Positions 1 through 12,637 of a stretch of 64,000 bases of DNA are shown here, piece after piece. The notes under the pieces are model-generated. The model made no database searches, had not been told where the DNA came from, and saw nothing but the letters and a program-made list of their open reading frames with translations. Positions within the stretch are counted from its first letter, which is position 1; each line of letters starts with the position of its first letter. Origin of the DNA: Pavona decussata (taxonomy: Eukaryota); NCBI GenBank assembly GCA_977016875.1, contig CDRNST010000306.1, positions 62,001 to 126,000 on the forward strand, read 5' to 3'. The translations under genes and the position numbers were made by a program.

Positions 1-193
1 CACAAACACCAGGAAAGAGCCAAGGAATTATCGGCCAGCGGACCTAATCCGTGGAATTTCATACCAAGGTGTCGAGAGGATGGCGGGTATTATGAAGTAC
101 AGTGTCACTTGGGCACTGGTCAGTGCTGGTGTGTGGATGAAAACGGCAATGAACGCTGGGGTACGACAGTCTGGGGATTACCTGACTGCTCAG
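1..193 (+). CDS. Exon: thyroglobulin type-1 repeat 1 (5'-truncated by window)
   Basis: Frame 1: ...NFIPRCREDGGYYEVQCHLGTGQCWCVDENGNERWGTTVWGLPDCS; donor CAG|GTATGC, phase 1. Confidence 0.92.
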
Positions 194-3100
194 GTATGCA
201 AAATAATTGATATATTCTGCGACGATGTGTGCGTAATCGATTGAAAATACATTTGCTTTCTGTTCCCTTTTTCATACTCGAAGACCAATTAACGTCTGAG
301 AAGGGGCGGATTTCTTTTGGCTTTTTTTCTTTATTCTAATACAAACTCAGAGTTAAAAAAAATTCTTTTTAGGCGTACTTAGTTTTGCACTGGCATAGGT
401 CTCCAGAGAAGAGAAAGAAAGCTGATTCGTCGAATTCTCTGATGGGATGCTTTTTAAAGCCACCCACTTATTTTGAGACGCACTGCGAGTTGGGACATTG
501 TGAAAATATGGCGTAAATTTCAGTAAAGAACCTCATCGAACTCAGCCTTCTCGTACATCTTATCAATGTGCGAAAGGTCGTGGGTTTTCGTTTCAGTCGA
601 CAACATCTGCTCATTACAAATTCATTTTGTTTCCTTGCTACATAACCGACTTAACAGTACCCCAGTTTTTAGTAATATAAACGAGGGAAGGACATAAATA
701 CTCTTTATATCACTCTTTCTCTTTTAGCAAATATCACCTCTTGTCAGCGTCATAGAACACGATCCCTGGGCTTGGCAGGGATTCCACCCCCTGGCACATA
801 CGTCCCACACTGTAATCCTGACGGAAGTTATGGTGATGTGCAGTGCCACAGTTTCACTGGGCTGTGTTGGTGCGTGGATGAAAAAGGAAAGGAAATACTG
901 GGAACAAGGAAGTGGGGACGGCCCCAATGCTCTAGACTACTTTCAGGTAATTGGAGTAGTGCGTCGTTGACAGTTTTCGTCAAGTTAGATTAATGGAATA
1001 ATTTTGAACTAACAGTTACTTCAACTGGTAACTTCCATGCAGCATTTTGTGTTCAGGGTGTTTTAAACAGCAAAGCAGGGGAGAAAAAATAATATTTAAT
1101 TCAGTAACTTAGGCCAATTAAATTTGGCGATCGGGTAGTCGATCTGTATGGGTTGATCTGTATTTGTCTTGGTGTTTTCATTTCTCATCGTTCACATAGA
1201 AATATGCACAGAGATGTTAATAATGGTGAAAGCTACTTTCTTATAAAAATCTAGAGTTAAAATGAGAAGAATACGGCGAATATTCAGTGGAACATTTCCT
1301 TCCAAACTCCGTCTGATTTATATATCTCTGAGTCTGTGTGGCAAATGTTTCACTAAGGTAGAAGAGGAATTTTTCATTCTGGAGAAGACTTATAAATGTG
1401 TAAAACTTAAATTGCAAGTTTTTAGACCAAAATAATGTGCTTCGTTGTCAAAGACAAATGCAATACCAATAACCAAGCCTTGCGTAAAACAGCTACTTTA
1501 CTTTTGTATTCCGTGTTAGCATTGGAGTGCTTTTATTGGTTTACAAAATAACAATCTTTAAATTACTTGCTTACCCAGATCATGAGACTCCAATAGATCT
1601 TGGTATCTTAATTGACGCATCGGACGCAAGTGTAGCAACGAATTGGACAAGCCTGCTGAACTTTGTATCTTCAATCGTGGCTTCTTTTGACATTTCCTCC
1701 AATGGTACTCATGTTGGACTTATAGTGTTCAGTCGTAATGGAGACGTTCAGTTGTATTTCAACACTTTACAAGAAAACAACTTGACAGTCGAGAATGTTA
1801 AGAGGGTTGTAAGTAATCTCCGTCCTAAAGAAGGATTCAGTCGATTTGACTTGGCCATGTTACTTGCTGAAGAAGAGCTGTTCAATGAGGCAACTGGAAT
1901 GAGAAATGAGATACCGAAGGTACAAACTAATCACTGATTACTAAAGCAGAAGTGCTTATTCACATTTACAGCCTTATTTCAGTTTTTACTATGTTAAGTG
2001 CTGTAGCCAATCAGAGCCTTCCTCTGTTCTCTAGATTTTATAAAATATCAAGCCTGTGAAATATCAAACGACCTCATGGAAAGTTTTTAAAATTTCTTTG
2101 CTCTTCCTGCAATTTAATATGAAATCTCATCAGAATTACCAAGACCGTTAATACGATCGTATTCCTTAGACCAGAAAGGAACTTCATTAACGTTTACACA
2201 GCAAAACAAATTTCAATTTAGCGCCAAAATCATTCGTGGTAATTCCCGCACGCGAAACTTAGCCCCCTTTTTTGCACTTGCTTTCGTCGTTCCAGACATT
2301 GCTAACAATGTAAAATTTGGTGGGAATTGTTTGTTATTCACACGGGAATAGGTGGAACAAGACATTACAGGTTGGTTACAAGAAATGTCATTGTGAACCA
2401 ACAGCCTGACCCTACTTGCCTGGTATGTCGCCGAAGCTCACCAAAATTATTACGATTAGGTATAAGAATGGTGCCATGGCTCGATCAGTACGAATGCTGG
2501 GTAACGTATCCCAAGGGATTATGCATTAAGCAGTCGCAGCGATCACATGGATAGCTTTCCTTTGGTGATCGTGCAAGAAATACCAAAAAAACAACAACTG
2601 AAAAAGATCATCAAAGATTCTTTGACCAAGACAAAAAAAAAAAGAAAAGAAAAGAGCACTTCATCGCTGAGACAATGGTTTTATCGGTTGATCTGAGCTT
2701 TATTTATCAAAATAATGACCGTTTAATAAAACTTTAAAGTTATGGACTATATATGAAATTTTTAGCCATCTTTTAGGGAGTTTACCTTTGCTAATCAGAG
2801 GAATATCCTTTGTCTTTCGATACTCTTTTTTTTTTAATTAAAAGGAAACTCGCCTCAATAGTGATGTGATTAAGTAACGGACATAAAGTCCGGAGTTTGA
2901 TATTGATTTTTCCACTTAATACTTCTCTTAAGCAAATTTTCTTCAACAGTCTTATGTATGTATTAACTGCTAAAAGATGTATGTATTAACTGCTAAAAGA
3001 AGAACTGACTATTGTAAATGCGCAGTTTGTCAATTTGTGTTTCTAATTAACAATTAGATTTTGAGCTCGAGATTTATGTCGCGTGATAGCTGATGCGGGG

Positions 3101-6100
3101 GCAGCCCGAATCAGCTATCACGCGTAGAAATCGAGAGCGAATAATCTAATTGTATTAGTATAAATTTACTAGTCGGTCAAAACTTAACAAGTAAATTATC
3201 TATTGCCTTATCGCAGACACTTCGAAATCGCGACGAAGCGGCCGCGATTTTGTTGAAAACCGCTACTCACTATCTATCACAGAATAGATAGCGAGTAGCG
3301 TAGCCAATCAGAGAACGGCATTCGTAATAGAACACTGGTAGATTTATACTGATTGTCCATAGAGCTTACCTTCCCTATAAGTAGTGATTTGAATGGATAT
3401 GAAGAAAACATGAATGCATTGTCTGGAATGGAGGTATAGACAATGCATGCATATTGTATACAATTATTTTATAAACTTCTTGTGTCATTTTTTAATCACC
3501 TAGACCCTACTTCTAGTGACAACTAGTAGCCAGGCAAGAAATCAAGGACCCTATGCCCCTCTGACAGCTTCTGCTCAAGGCCTTAGAGACAGGGGGGTCT
3601 TCATTTACGCTGTTGGTATCGGAGACGAAATAAAGGTTCCTGAGCTGCTGGACTTAACGTCTGACTACATGAATGTGTTTACTTCTGATGATTTCAGTGT
3701 TCTCCAATCCAGTAGCAGAATCTTGACAGAAATAATTAAAAATAAAACAAACGTTGTTATAACTAAAGGTAAGTGAAAATGGCAAAAATACTACGACTTT
3801 CATTCCTTTGTTACAGCTGTTGTTTTTTTTTCTCAACTCTCAAAGCTTGTACAACCAAAATTTGACTGTGTATCATGATGCAAACTTTCATTCAATCCAC
3901 TGACTTAAGGGTTAAAGGAAAGAAAATATACGAAGTCCTACAAACAATAAATTCCCAGTACATTGTGATAATGAAGTTGCACTTCATTTACTCTATTCTC
4001 TAATATAAAATATTCTCTCCCAAAAATATAACTCGGATGCTGTGAGAATTCTGATAAATACAACTGTATCTTTTAGTTTGTATTTCTAACAACCTAGTTC
4101 CGATAATGTCACAAGCTTTTAGATTGCGATAACTTACTGCGTTTTACCTAAGTGTATAATTACACTTTTTTAGAAAAATTATGTAATATGCCCTCTGAAC
4201 CTGGTCAGCTTGGGTGTCTGGCATCTATATCGGCTTTCTACTTCGAAGCAGCCTCAGGCGAGTGTCATAGCTTTGTATACAGTGGATGTGGAGGAAATGC
4301 GAACAACTTCCCTTCATATGAAAAGTGCATGGAAAACTGTAAAGGTAAGAGAAATCTAAAATGGCACCGTCGGCAAATCAAAATATGAATACAACATTCT
4401 GAGTAGCATAATTAATGATTCATATTCGCTTTCATACAGCTTATTTTACTAATCAATCAACCAGTTAATGAGTCAATCCATCATTCAATTAACTAGTTTC
4501 GGTCTTAAGTGCAAGAGTGCGTTGGTCGTAAACAGTATCGTGTACAGTTAACGAGCATGATAATTTCTCATTATTTCCTTGCTCAAGGAGTTCTGCCGTC
4601 CTGTATCGGTGATAAAAAACGCGTCTCTAGTCTGCGCGTGGGTCACTTCACTCCGAAGTGCAAGACTAACGGCCGATACGAAGACGTCCAATGCTACGGA
4701 AAGACTGGTTACTGTTGGTGCGTTGACGAATTCGGCAAAGAAGTACCGGGCACCCGGGTGATGGGAATTCCTATTTGCAGCCTAGCAACTTGTAAGTTAC
4801 TTTTCCAGCTTGTGTAGCTTTCCGAGCTTTGAATTATATCCAACCATTTAAATGGAACAGTTGTTAGATTGCCTTTTTTCACCATCTTGTCTTGGGTTTG
4901 AAAACCGAAATTGGATTCCAGTGTGAATTCATTCCATCACATTGCTATACATATAGTAGTACCTGTTCCTCGCTACGAAGACTTTTCTGAGAGCTATCCT
5001 GTTTTCCTTCAATCATAAAGAAAAGAACTAGTGTTTAGAAATTGTCTAATGTCATTTTTCGTTCGTATAATTAGCCTTTGGAAAGCTTACCCCTTGTCTT
5101 GAAGAAAGACGTAAAACACTGGGCATGGATGGTGTCCCATCTGTTGGGAGATTTGCCCCTGAATGTAATCCAGATGGAGAGTATGCAAAGATACAGTGCT
5201 TTGGAAACACGAACTTCTGCTGGTGTTCAGACAAGCGCGGTTACGAAATTCCGGGGACGCATCGATGGGGAACACCTGAATGTACCGTTGAAGGTAAATG
5301 AAGACAAATAGCAATTAAAAAATTCCTTCTGCAGAAACAACCTTTTATTGCACCGTACGGTGAAATAATAGCTTATTAGGAATGGCAAAGTTCATGGAAT
5401 TTTATGAAAATGTACCTTGTGCCACATACGAGATATAACCCATTCCGTCTGCGGCACAGGCTAAGGAGAATGGCGAACAGCCAATTCATTACTGCGTCAC
5501 GATGCGAAAAGGAGATGTTGACTTTGTGCCATCATGAACATCATAATGGCCCTGAAAAACAGAGTGGGTCACTTGTATCATCGCTGCAGGTCGCGTCAGC
5601 GTCAGCATCAGCAAAAGTATAAGCCTCCGAGTATTCCCTACCTCTATTTATCTTCGGATGACATGTAAGCGCAGAAAGCGCCCGTCCCGACTTTTTTTTT
5701 CATATCCAAGGCGAAGGGACTAACGTCACAAATTTACCACAAGTATGGTATGGAAATTCACTTAACGTTTCCTTGGCATCCACTTTTACACTCTCATACC
5801 ATCTTAAAGTCCTTTCATTAGCTTTTATTACTGCCGCCTTGGCGGAATCAAGATGGCGCCTACTCGCAAATCGTTACAAAATTTTCAATTTTTGTGGCGT
5901 CATTGTCTTATTTAACGGTCCTCAAAAGAAAATTCGTTTCACGCACTATATATCCTGAAGTTTTGCTTTCATTTTGTTCACTTATTTATTTATTACTTAT
6001 TTATGTCACCGTATTGTTTTTTACAAATATGACTGCCTTCCTGAAATACATGCAAATTTCCGCCCGATTATTCTTTCATGTACAATTAAGATTGTTTTGG

Positions 6101-9100
6101 ACTCCGCCAGCTCCCATACAGTTTGCTTTGCTGTTAGTCCCTTTGTTCCCCAGCGGGTCACTGCAATTATTAAAGTTCTGTTAAATTATAACGTGATAAA
6201 AGTATGACTCAGCCTTTTGCTTTCAGTTCGTCCTGGTGCGTGTCCATTCATAACAGATCCAACTAAATGTCCAGCTCAAATGACTCAACAGACATGCTCA
6301 CAGGATAGTGACTGTCCCGAATCTTCCAAATGCTGTGACTGTGGATGTGTAAGGCGTTGCACGTCTGTTTCTCCAGATGTATCAGGTAAGAGATGTGAAA
6401 AGCGTATTCATAAAGTTGAATACTGGAAAAACCTCCTTTCGTCTGGATATGGCGAGAAATAACACTTGATGTCTGCCTTTTGCCAAGGGCAGTTTGTTGA
6501 AAGCTGGAAAAGTTTCCAAGGTACATCGGAGAATTTAGGAAGTGTTACCGAATATTACAGATCTGAAGAGCTTACGATTTCTTACCAACCGACTTTTTGT
6601 CTTTCAAGAATGTAATAGGGACAATACTTGTAGAATTCGAGCAAACAGATCTATCCAATTTTTATATCGATGTTTTTTTTGTCTTACTGTACCTTAGCTC
6701 CAGTTTCCAGCTGTGTCAGTGAGCATTTAAAGTCACTGTCGACGTCATGTCCTCACTTTAAAGCTACGGGGCGTTTCTTTCCAAATTGCAAGCCCGACGG
6801 TGGGTATGAGGAGCTACAATGTAATGAGCTCTATGGTGTTTGCTGGTGTGTTGACAAAAATGGCAATGAAATTACTGGATCTAGGCAGACTGGGAAACCT
6901 AATTGTGCGAAGCAAGGTGAGGAAAAATATAAAGCTAAACAAAAGACGAATAGCGAGAAATTAGGTTGCTTTATGAGTGAAACTCATTTACTGTGTTTTT
7001 TTTTATAAGATTTTTTATAAGCCTTAGACACAATACAATATTTACAGTACTACGCACTGCTTACAATACTTACTATACTAACTGTACATATACTAATACA
7101 ATACTAATACTTTTAATACTTACAGTGCTTACAATACTTAACATTTGTCACTTTTTTATAGTGCTTACAATATTACACATACATTTAGATTAACAGAGGT
7201 AAAGGAGCCAAAAGATAAATAATTATATAAGTAATCAACAAATAGCTAAATATACTAAATGAAAAACAAAAGGGGAGAAGGGAAGTTAAACAGCTAAAGA
7301 GGAGGTCTTTGTAGCGTATATATATAGACGAAAGTTATGTTAAATTCTCACTTTTCCATTGCAATTTTAGTTTAGTTAAAAACTGCAAACAGCTAGGGTG
7401 TTTTGCGTTCTGATGTTCTCGTCAGATTAAATTTGATACACATTAAAGATAAATGAAAGCAAAACTCACTCATAAAGTAGATTTTTATTTTGTTACCGAA
7501 AATGCGTTGGAGCAGAATGAATTAGAACAGCTGCTTAGTGTTAATAAAGAAGCGGTGTAATAAATAAACATGAGCTACTCATATTTTTTTAGCGTCCAGC
7601 GACACTCTTATACTATAGTTTCCTGATATGATTCAAATGTCTTATAGTTGTTATGACATCATGTGAGCGAGAGCGTAAGAGGGCTATGGGCATGCGCAGC
7701 AGGTCTCCCATTGGCGTGCTCGTCGCAAGTTGCCAGGATGATGGTTCATTTAACCCGACTCAGTGTCACAATGCAACTGGTTACTGTTGGTGCGTTGACA
7801 AGCAGGGAAATGAACTGAAAGGAACTCGGAAATGGGGAAAGCTTAACTGCACCGATATAGGTAATAGAAGGTGAAGCCAGTCGAATTTCCCATTGGTACC
7901 AAAAGAGGAGACCGGGAATGGTGGCGATTACTGGAGATGCTGCCTATTAAAGAATTTCATTATTGCCTTTTACTGAGAATGAGAAATGAAGAAAATGGGA
8001 TTTTTTTTTCACCGAGGGTAGATCGCCTTTTATGCGTGTGCCGTCAATCAAAGTTCGTACAATGATTACGTACAATGATACCCTTGTAGATGTGATATAG
8101 CCGGGATACCATAATCAAGGTTACTTTTTTACACCACAAATGCCTGACTTGAATGACCATTTTGCCAGCTTTAGGACAATTAGGCACTAAGGAACAACTT
8201 TTTGTTAGCTGTCGCTTCTGATTTGATGATCAATTTTTGTTGGTACGTAGTTCAATGACGGAGTGATAGAGGGCTTTAGCCAGCATGTTGTCTAGACTAT
8301 ATGTCGAAAACGAAGGTGCACCAGGTTAAAAAAAAAGGAATGCCAATGATTAAGATAGATAACAGTGAATCTTTGATGATGAAAAATGAAATTTTTCCTT
8401 TGTTTTTCATTTCCATGTTTCAAATAGGTAAAGCCTTGACCGTTTGCCAATCCCGCCATGACGAATGCCTAGATAATGCTCCTCCGGGACAGTTTATCCC
8501 GCGTTGTAAGGCTGATGGCTCGTACGAAGAAAGGCAGTGTCTTCAATCGACAGGAGAGTGTTGGTGTGTTGACAAAAACGGAAACGAACTACCAGGGACG
8601 CGGTCCAGAGAAATGCATGACTGTTCTTTACTTGGTTGGTTTACGATAATGATAATACTGCAAGTGTGTGTGAAAGCAACAACAATAACAAGAAAAGCAA
8701 AGTGCATGTGGTTGATCTTGATTCATAACAGCGGGCAAAAAGCTATTTTACAATCCGTATCTTACCTGTTCGGTCCCGAAGAACACGCTAAAATGTACTA
8801 AGTAATCTGTATACGGTTTGCCAAGAGTCAGTAGTTTTCGGCTCAGGCCTGAAAAGACAAACGGAATACACTGACAACTATTATATTACATTTTATTATT
8901 CAAGAAAAGAAACGAACATTTCTAGGTGTCTCTGACATCATTCAATATTTAATCTTTAATCTGATGCTTATGCCCAACGTGCTTTTGTTAGTCCTATTAA
9001 AAGACAGTCACAATTTCACACAATATATATGTTATAAGTAAGTCAAGGCTCAACCGCTTGACGTGAATTTCCATATAGTTTTACTCTTTCGCAGCTTGGC

Positions 9101-12100
9101 TTAGCCCATGCCAAATCAAGAAACGTCAGGCCTTGGGTCTGAGAGGTGTACCTGTTGTGGGACTACACGCACCCGAATGCAAGGCAGATAGGGGGTACGA
9201 TGAAGTCCAATGTCACGTGACATCCGGGTTATGTTGGTGTGTAGATGAGTACGGAAATGAAGTGAAAGGAAGTCGTATAAAAGGAAGACCGAGCTGTGGT
9301 AAGAGTCTTAGCGTGAACACTATCATCATCGTCTTTATCTTCGTCAACATAATTTTTGCCATGATAAACAGTTACAAGTATTCATTCTACAGAAACAAGT
9401 TGCCTTCAGTCGCTTTAGCTATAGTAACTTTTAAAACCAACTTCCGAAAGACTCAATCTTTTCTTGAAATTGACTCTTTACAGTGTGTAATTGTTTTTTT
9501 AGCACAGCCTCAAATAACTAAGTAATGTTTTTTTCAGTATATTATATCGAGAAGTCACTAGCAAATTTTCCTAGTGATGCGGTCAAGTATGTCAAGCATG
9601 GACTGACAAGTTGATCGAGTACTAAAGTGCTTGCCGGCGTCTGGGAGGGTTAAGCCATGCATTCGTGATTTATTACTTCTATCTAATAGGAAAAGAACCG
9701 CCATGCAAGAAGGAATCTGAAACGATTTTAGCGTCCTTCCCAAAACCTCCTCCGGGGATGTTTGTTCCTCAGTGTCGTAAGAATGGTGGGTACCAGGCCA
9801 CTCAGTGTGACAGCTCGACCGGATTCTGTTGGTGCGTGGATGAGTATGGGAACGAGTTAATGGATACACGAGTCAAGGGACAGGTTAACTGTTCAGGTTA
9901 AATAGTAGCTTCTTTTTGCATTTCTTTTAAAAAAGGATAACGATAACCGCAGTCAAGAAACAAGAAAACATTAACGTTCGATTCTTGGTAGCTCAGTGTT
10001 AATTTTTTAACCCAAATCACCGTTAAGGTTAGGAATTTTATCATATGAATTTTAGTTTTGTCAAGCCCAGTTCTCTATTGCATAAAACAATTAACTGTGA
10101 TTGTCATTTCATTTTCTTTATAGCCATTCAGTGATATGTTATATATATAATTTCTGGTACCGAATTCTATAATTCTATAAATTGCAATCAAGGTAGGTAC
10201 GTAGGTATTCTTGATATATTTATTTTACTCTTATGAGTAATAAGTTAGATTCTTCGGTATATGAAGGCCCTCATACGCACGCCAATGGGGCAGAGAATTA
10301 TGCGCCTTAAGAATTCTAATTATTGAGAACCCTAGACGGAGCAGAAGTAGGACTTAAGAAAATTATATCAATGTTATTCCCATCTTTCAGTTTTGACAGA
10401 TCAAAGGCTGTCATTATGTCATAGTCGCTACAACAAGGCTACTGAAGTCAACGAACAAGGGCATCATGCTCCACTGTGTGAACCTGATGGATCTTATAAA
10501 CAGATTCAGTGCAACTCAGCAACTGGAGAGTGTTGGTGCGTTGATAGGGAGGGAAAAGAGAAGCTAGAAACTAGAAGAGTTGGAATGCCTCATTGTCAAT
10601 CAAAAGGTATGTTTTCTAGCCTCCAGTAGCTATTATCTGTAATCTTTTGCTTGCGTGAAACGAATTATGTTTAAGGAATATTTCAGCAAAATGCCGTTTG
10701 AAAGTGCCTTTAACTTTGAAGTATATGCTAGATATATTTTACGATGATCACTGAAGTAATTTAAATCTAATGTAAATATAATGGCTCTTTACTGACGTAG
10801 CTTTGATGTGTATATAAATTTTACTTTCAGTAGATAGTAGTTAGTTGTTAAGGTTATCTAAATTGAGCTACTTTGAAGTAGCTTTGGAGTATATCTTCTT
10901 TAATACGTCTTTAAAATTCTGTCCATCGTTGATGTACCTTTAAAGTATCTAGAAACTACTTTAAGTAGGGCCTTTTGCGTCCCCTGGCCTTCAATTTTAG
11001 CTAAAGTATACCTTTCAGTACATCGATCATCGAGGAAGTTTTCAGTTTAAGCTAAAATAAATATAATATTTCTATAGTTGAGGTTAAAGTTATATTTCTA
11101 TAGTTTAATCCTAAAATAATATTTTTTATAGTTGAGATAGCTTTGAGGTGTATTTAACGTATATATTTTCAGTACAACGTTGATTTAGTTTTCAGGTATA
11201 CCTAGAGTATACGTTTAGTAAATCTTTATTGTGGATTTCAGCTACAGCTAAAGGATAGCTTTAGTACATCGCTGGGACAGCTTTCCAGCATACTTTTAGC
11301 ATATCGTTGATGTAGCTTTGAGGTATAGATAAGGTACGCTTGAAGAACATCGTTGAGGTGGCTTTCAGGTACAACCTCGTTCCCAGGGCTTCTCCCTTGA
11401 AAATAGAAAGGGGCAGGGAGAGACCCTTGCATTAGCTGGTCACATGCTTACAATAAATAATTCGGAGACGGCTAATTTATGCAACCCGCTGCCAAAATAA
11501 TGAATCAATCAATCAATCAATCAACCGATGTTTACTTGCCCCATTCAATGATTTCTTACAGAAGTATTGTTTTCTAATAGCCTATGAGCAGGAGCTCTCA
11601 ACAAACCCTACAAGTGACATTAGTAAATCGAAGAATTTTTAATCCTTTGACAGTTTGATCTTAATAATCTTGTGTATGGCGCAGTCAACTGCAAAAAGAT
11701 TAATGCTCGTAGTCCAGCCAGTGTTTCAGCTTTTGTGTCGGGTGCGTGCAAAAGCCGTAATAAATCGATATTGACAAGAACATTCATCCTGATTGTGGAA
11801 TTGCAATAAATGAAGCTGATTGCCTTCCAAACAACAGGGCGAATAGGAATTATTCTTGATACATTCAAAGGGCAGTTGCGGCGCATGCAAATAGAATTTG
11901 TTGATTCAAATATGTATGACCGTGACAAAACAAAGCGTCACAAGATGCTACGTGTCTGTTGAAATATTATCCAGACAGAAGCCGAAAATGTTTGCTTGCA
12001 TGAGGCGAAGGGTGACTAGCCTGCGAAGCAAGTGTTTCCGTGGAGTTTTCTGCACAAAAGCCAATTTCCGTATTTTGGATGCGCGCGAGAGCGCAGGCTA

Positions 12101-12591
12101 AAGGGTGACCGTTTCGGAAAGCATAGATCTCAGCAACAAAGGCTGTGAGAAATATAGCGCATTTAAATGAGCCAAACCAAACCTAGTATAAATACCCCAA
12201 ACGGCGTAAGGAGCATATTCGCAATCTTAACAGACAGAAAAAGACATCAAAGAGGTTTAAGGCGAAAGCCACAGGATTCATACTACAAAAATGACCTTGA
12301 CCTCATACTTTTGACAGTATCAAACCTTTAGTTGGTCTTTTGTATTTGAGTCTAAAGGGTAGACAAGGAACGATGCTTTTTTCTCCGGCTTGACAAGCAA
12401 GTAGTCAAGCAGGAGCTGGAATAGTAGCAATTTCCCGAAACATTTTGGGTGAATTGCAATATCATCTAGGCCTTCTCAAATCTCCTCACTTGAGGACTGG
12501 AGAAAACTGAAACAAGGAAACTTACGGTGGTTTAAGGTGCCAACCCAAGTCGAATGGCTACGGATACTTTCTCCTGTTTCCGCGATCATCG

Positions 12592-12637
<46 letters not shown>

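Noticed and set aside
5052-5314. Track ORFs 5078-5311 (+), 5052-5234 (-) and 5087-5314 (-)
   Set aside because: Shadow frames of the real Tg1 exon 5075-5293
6993-7193. Hydrophobic ORF rich in T/I/L
   Set aside because: Low-complexity TACTTA-type repeat, probably a retroelement tail in an intron
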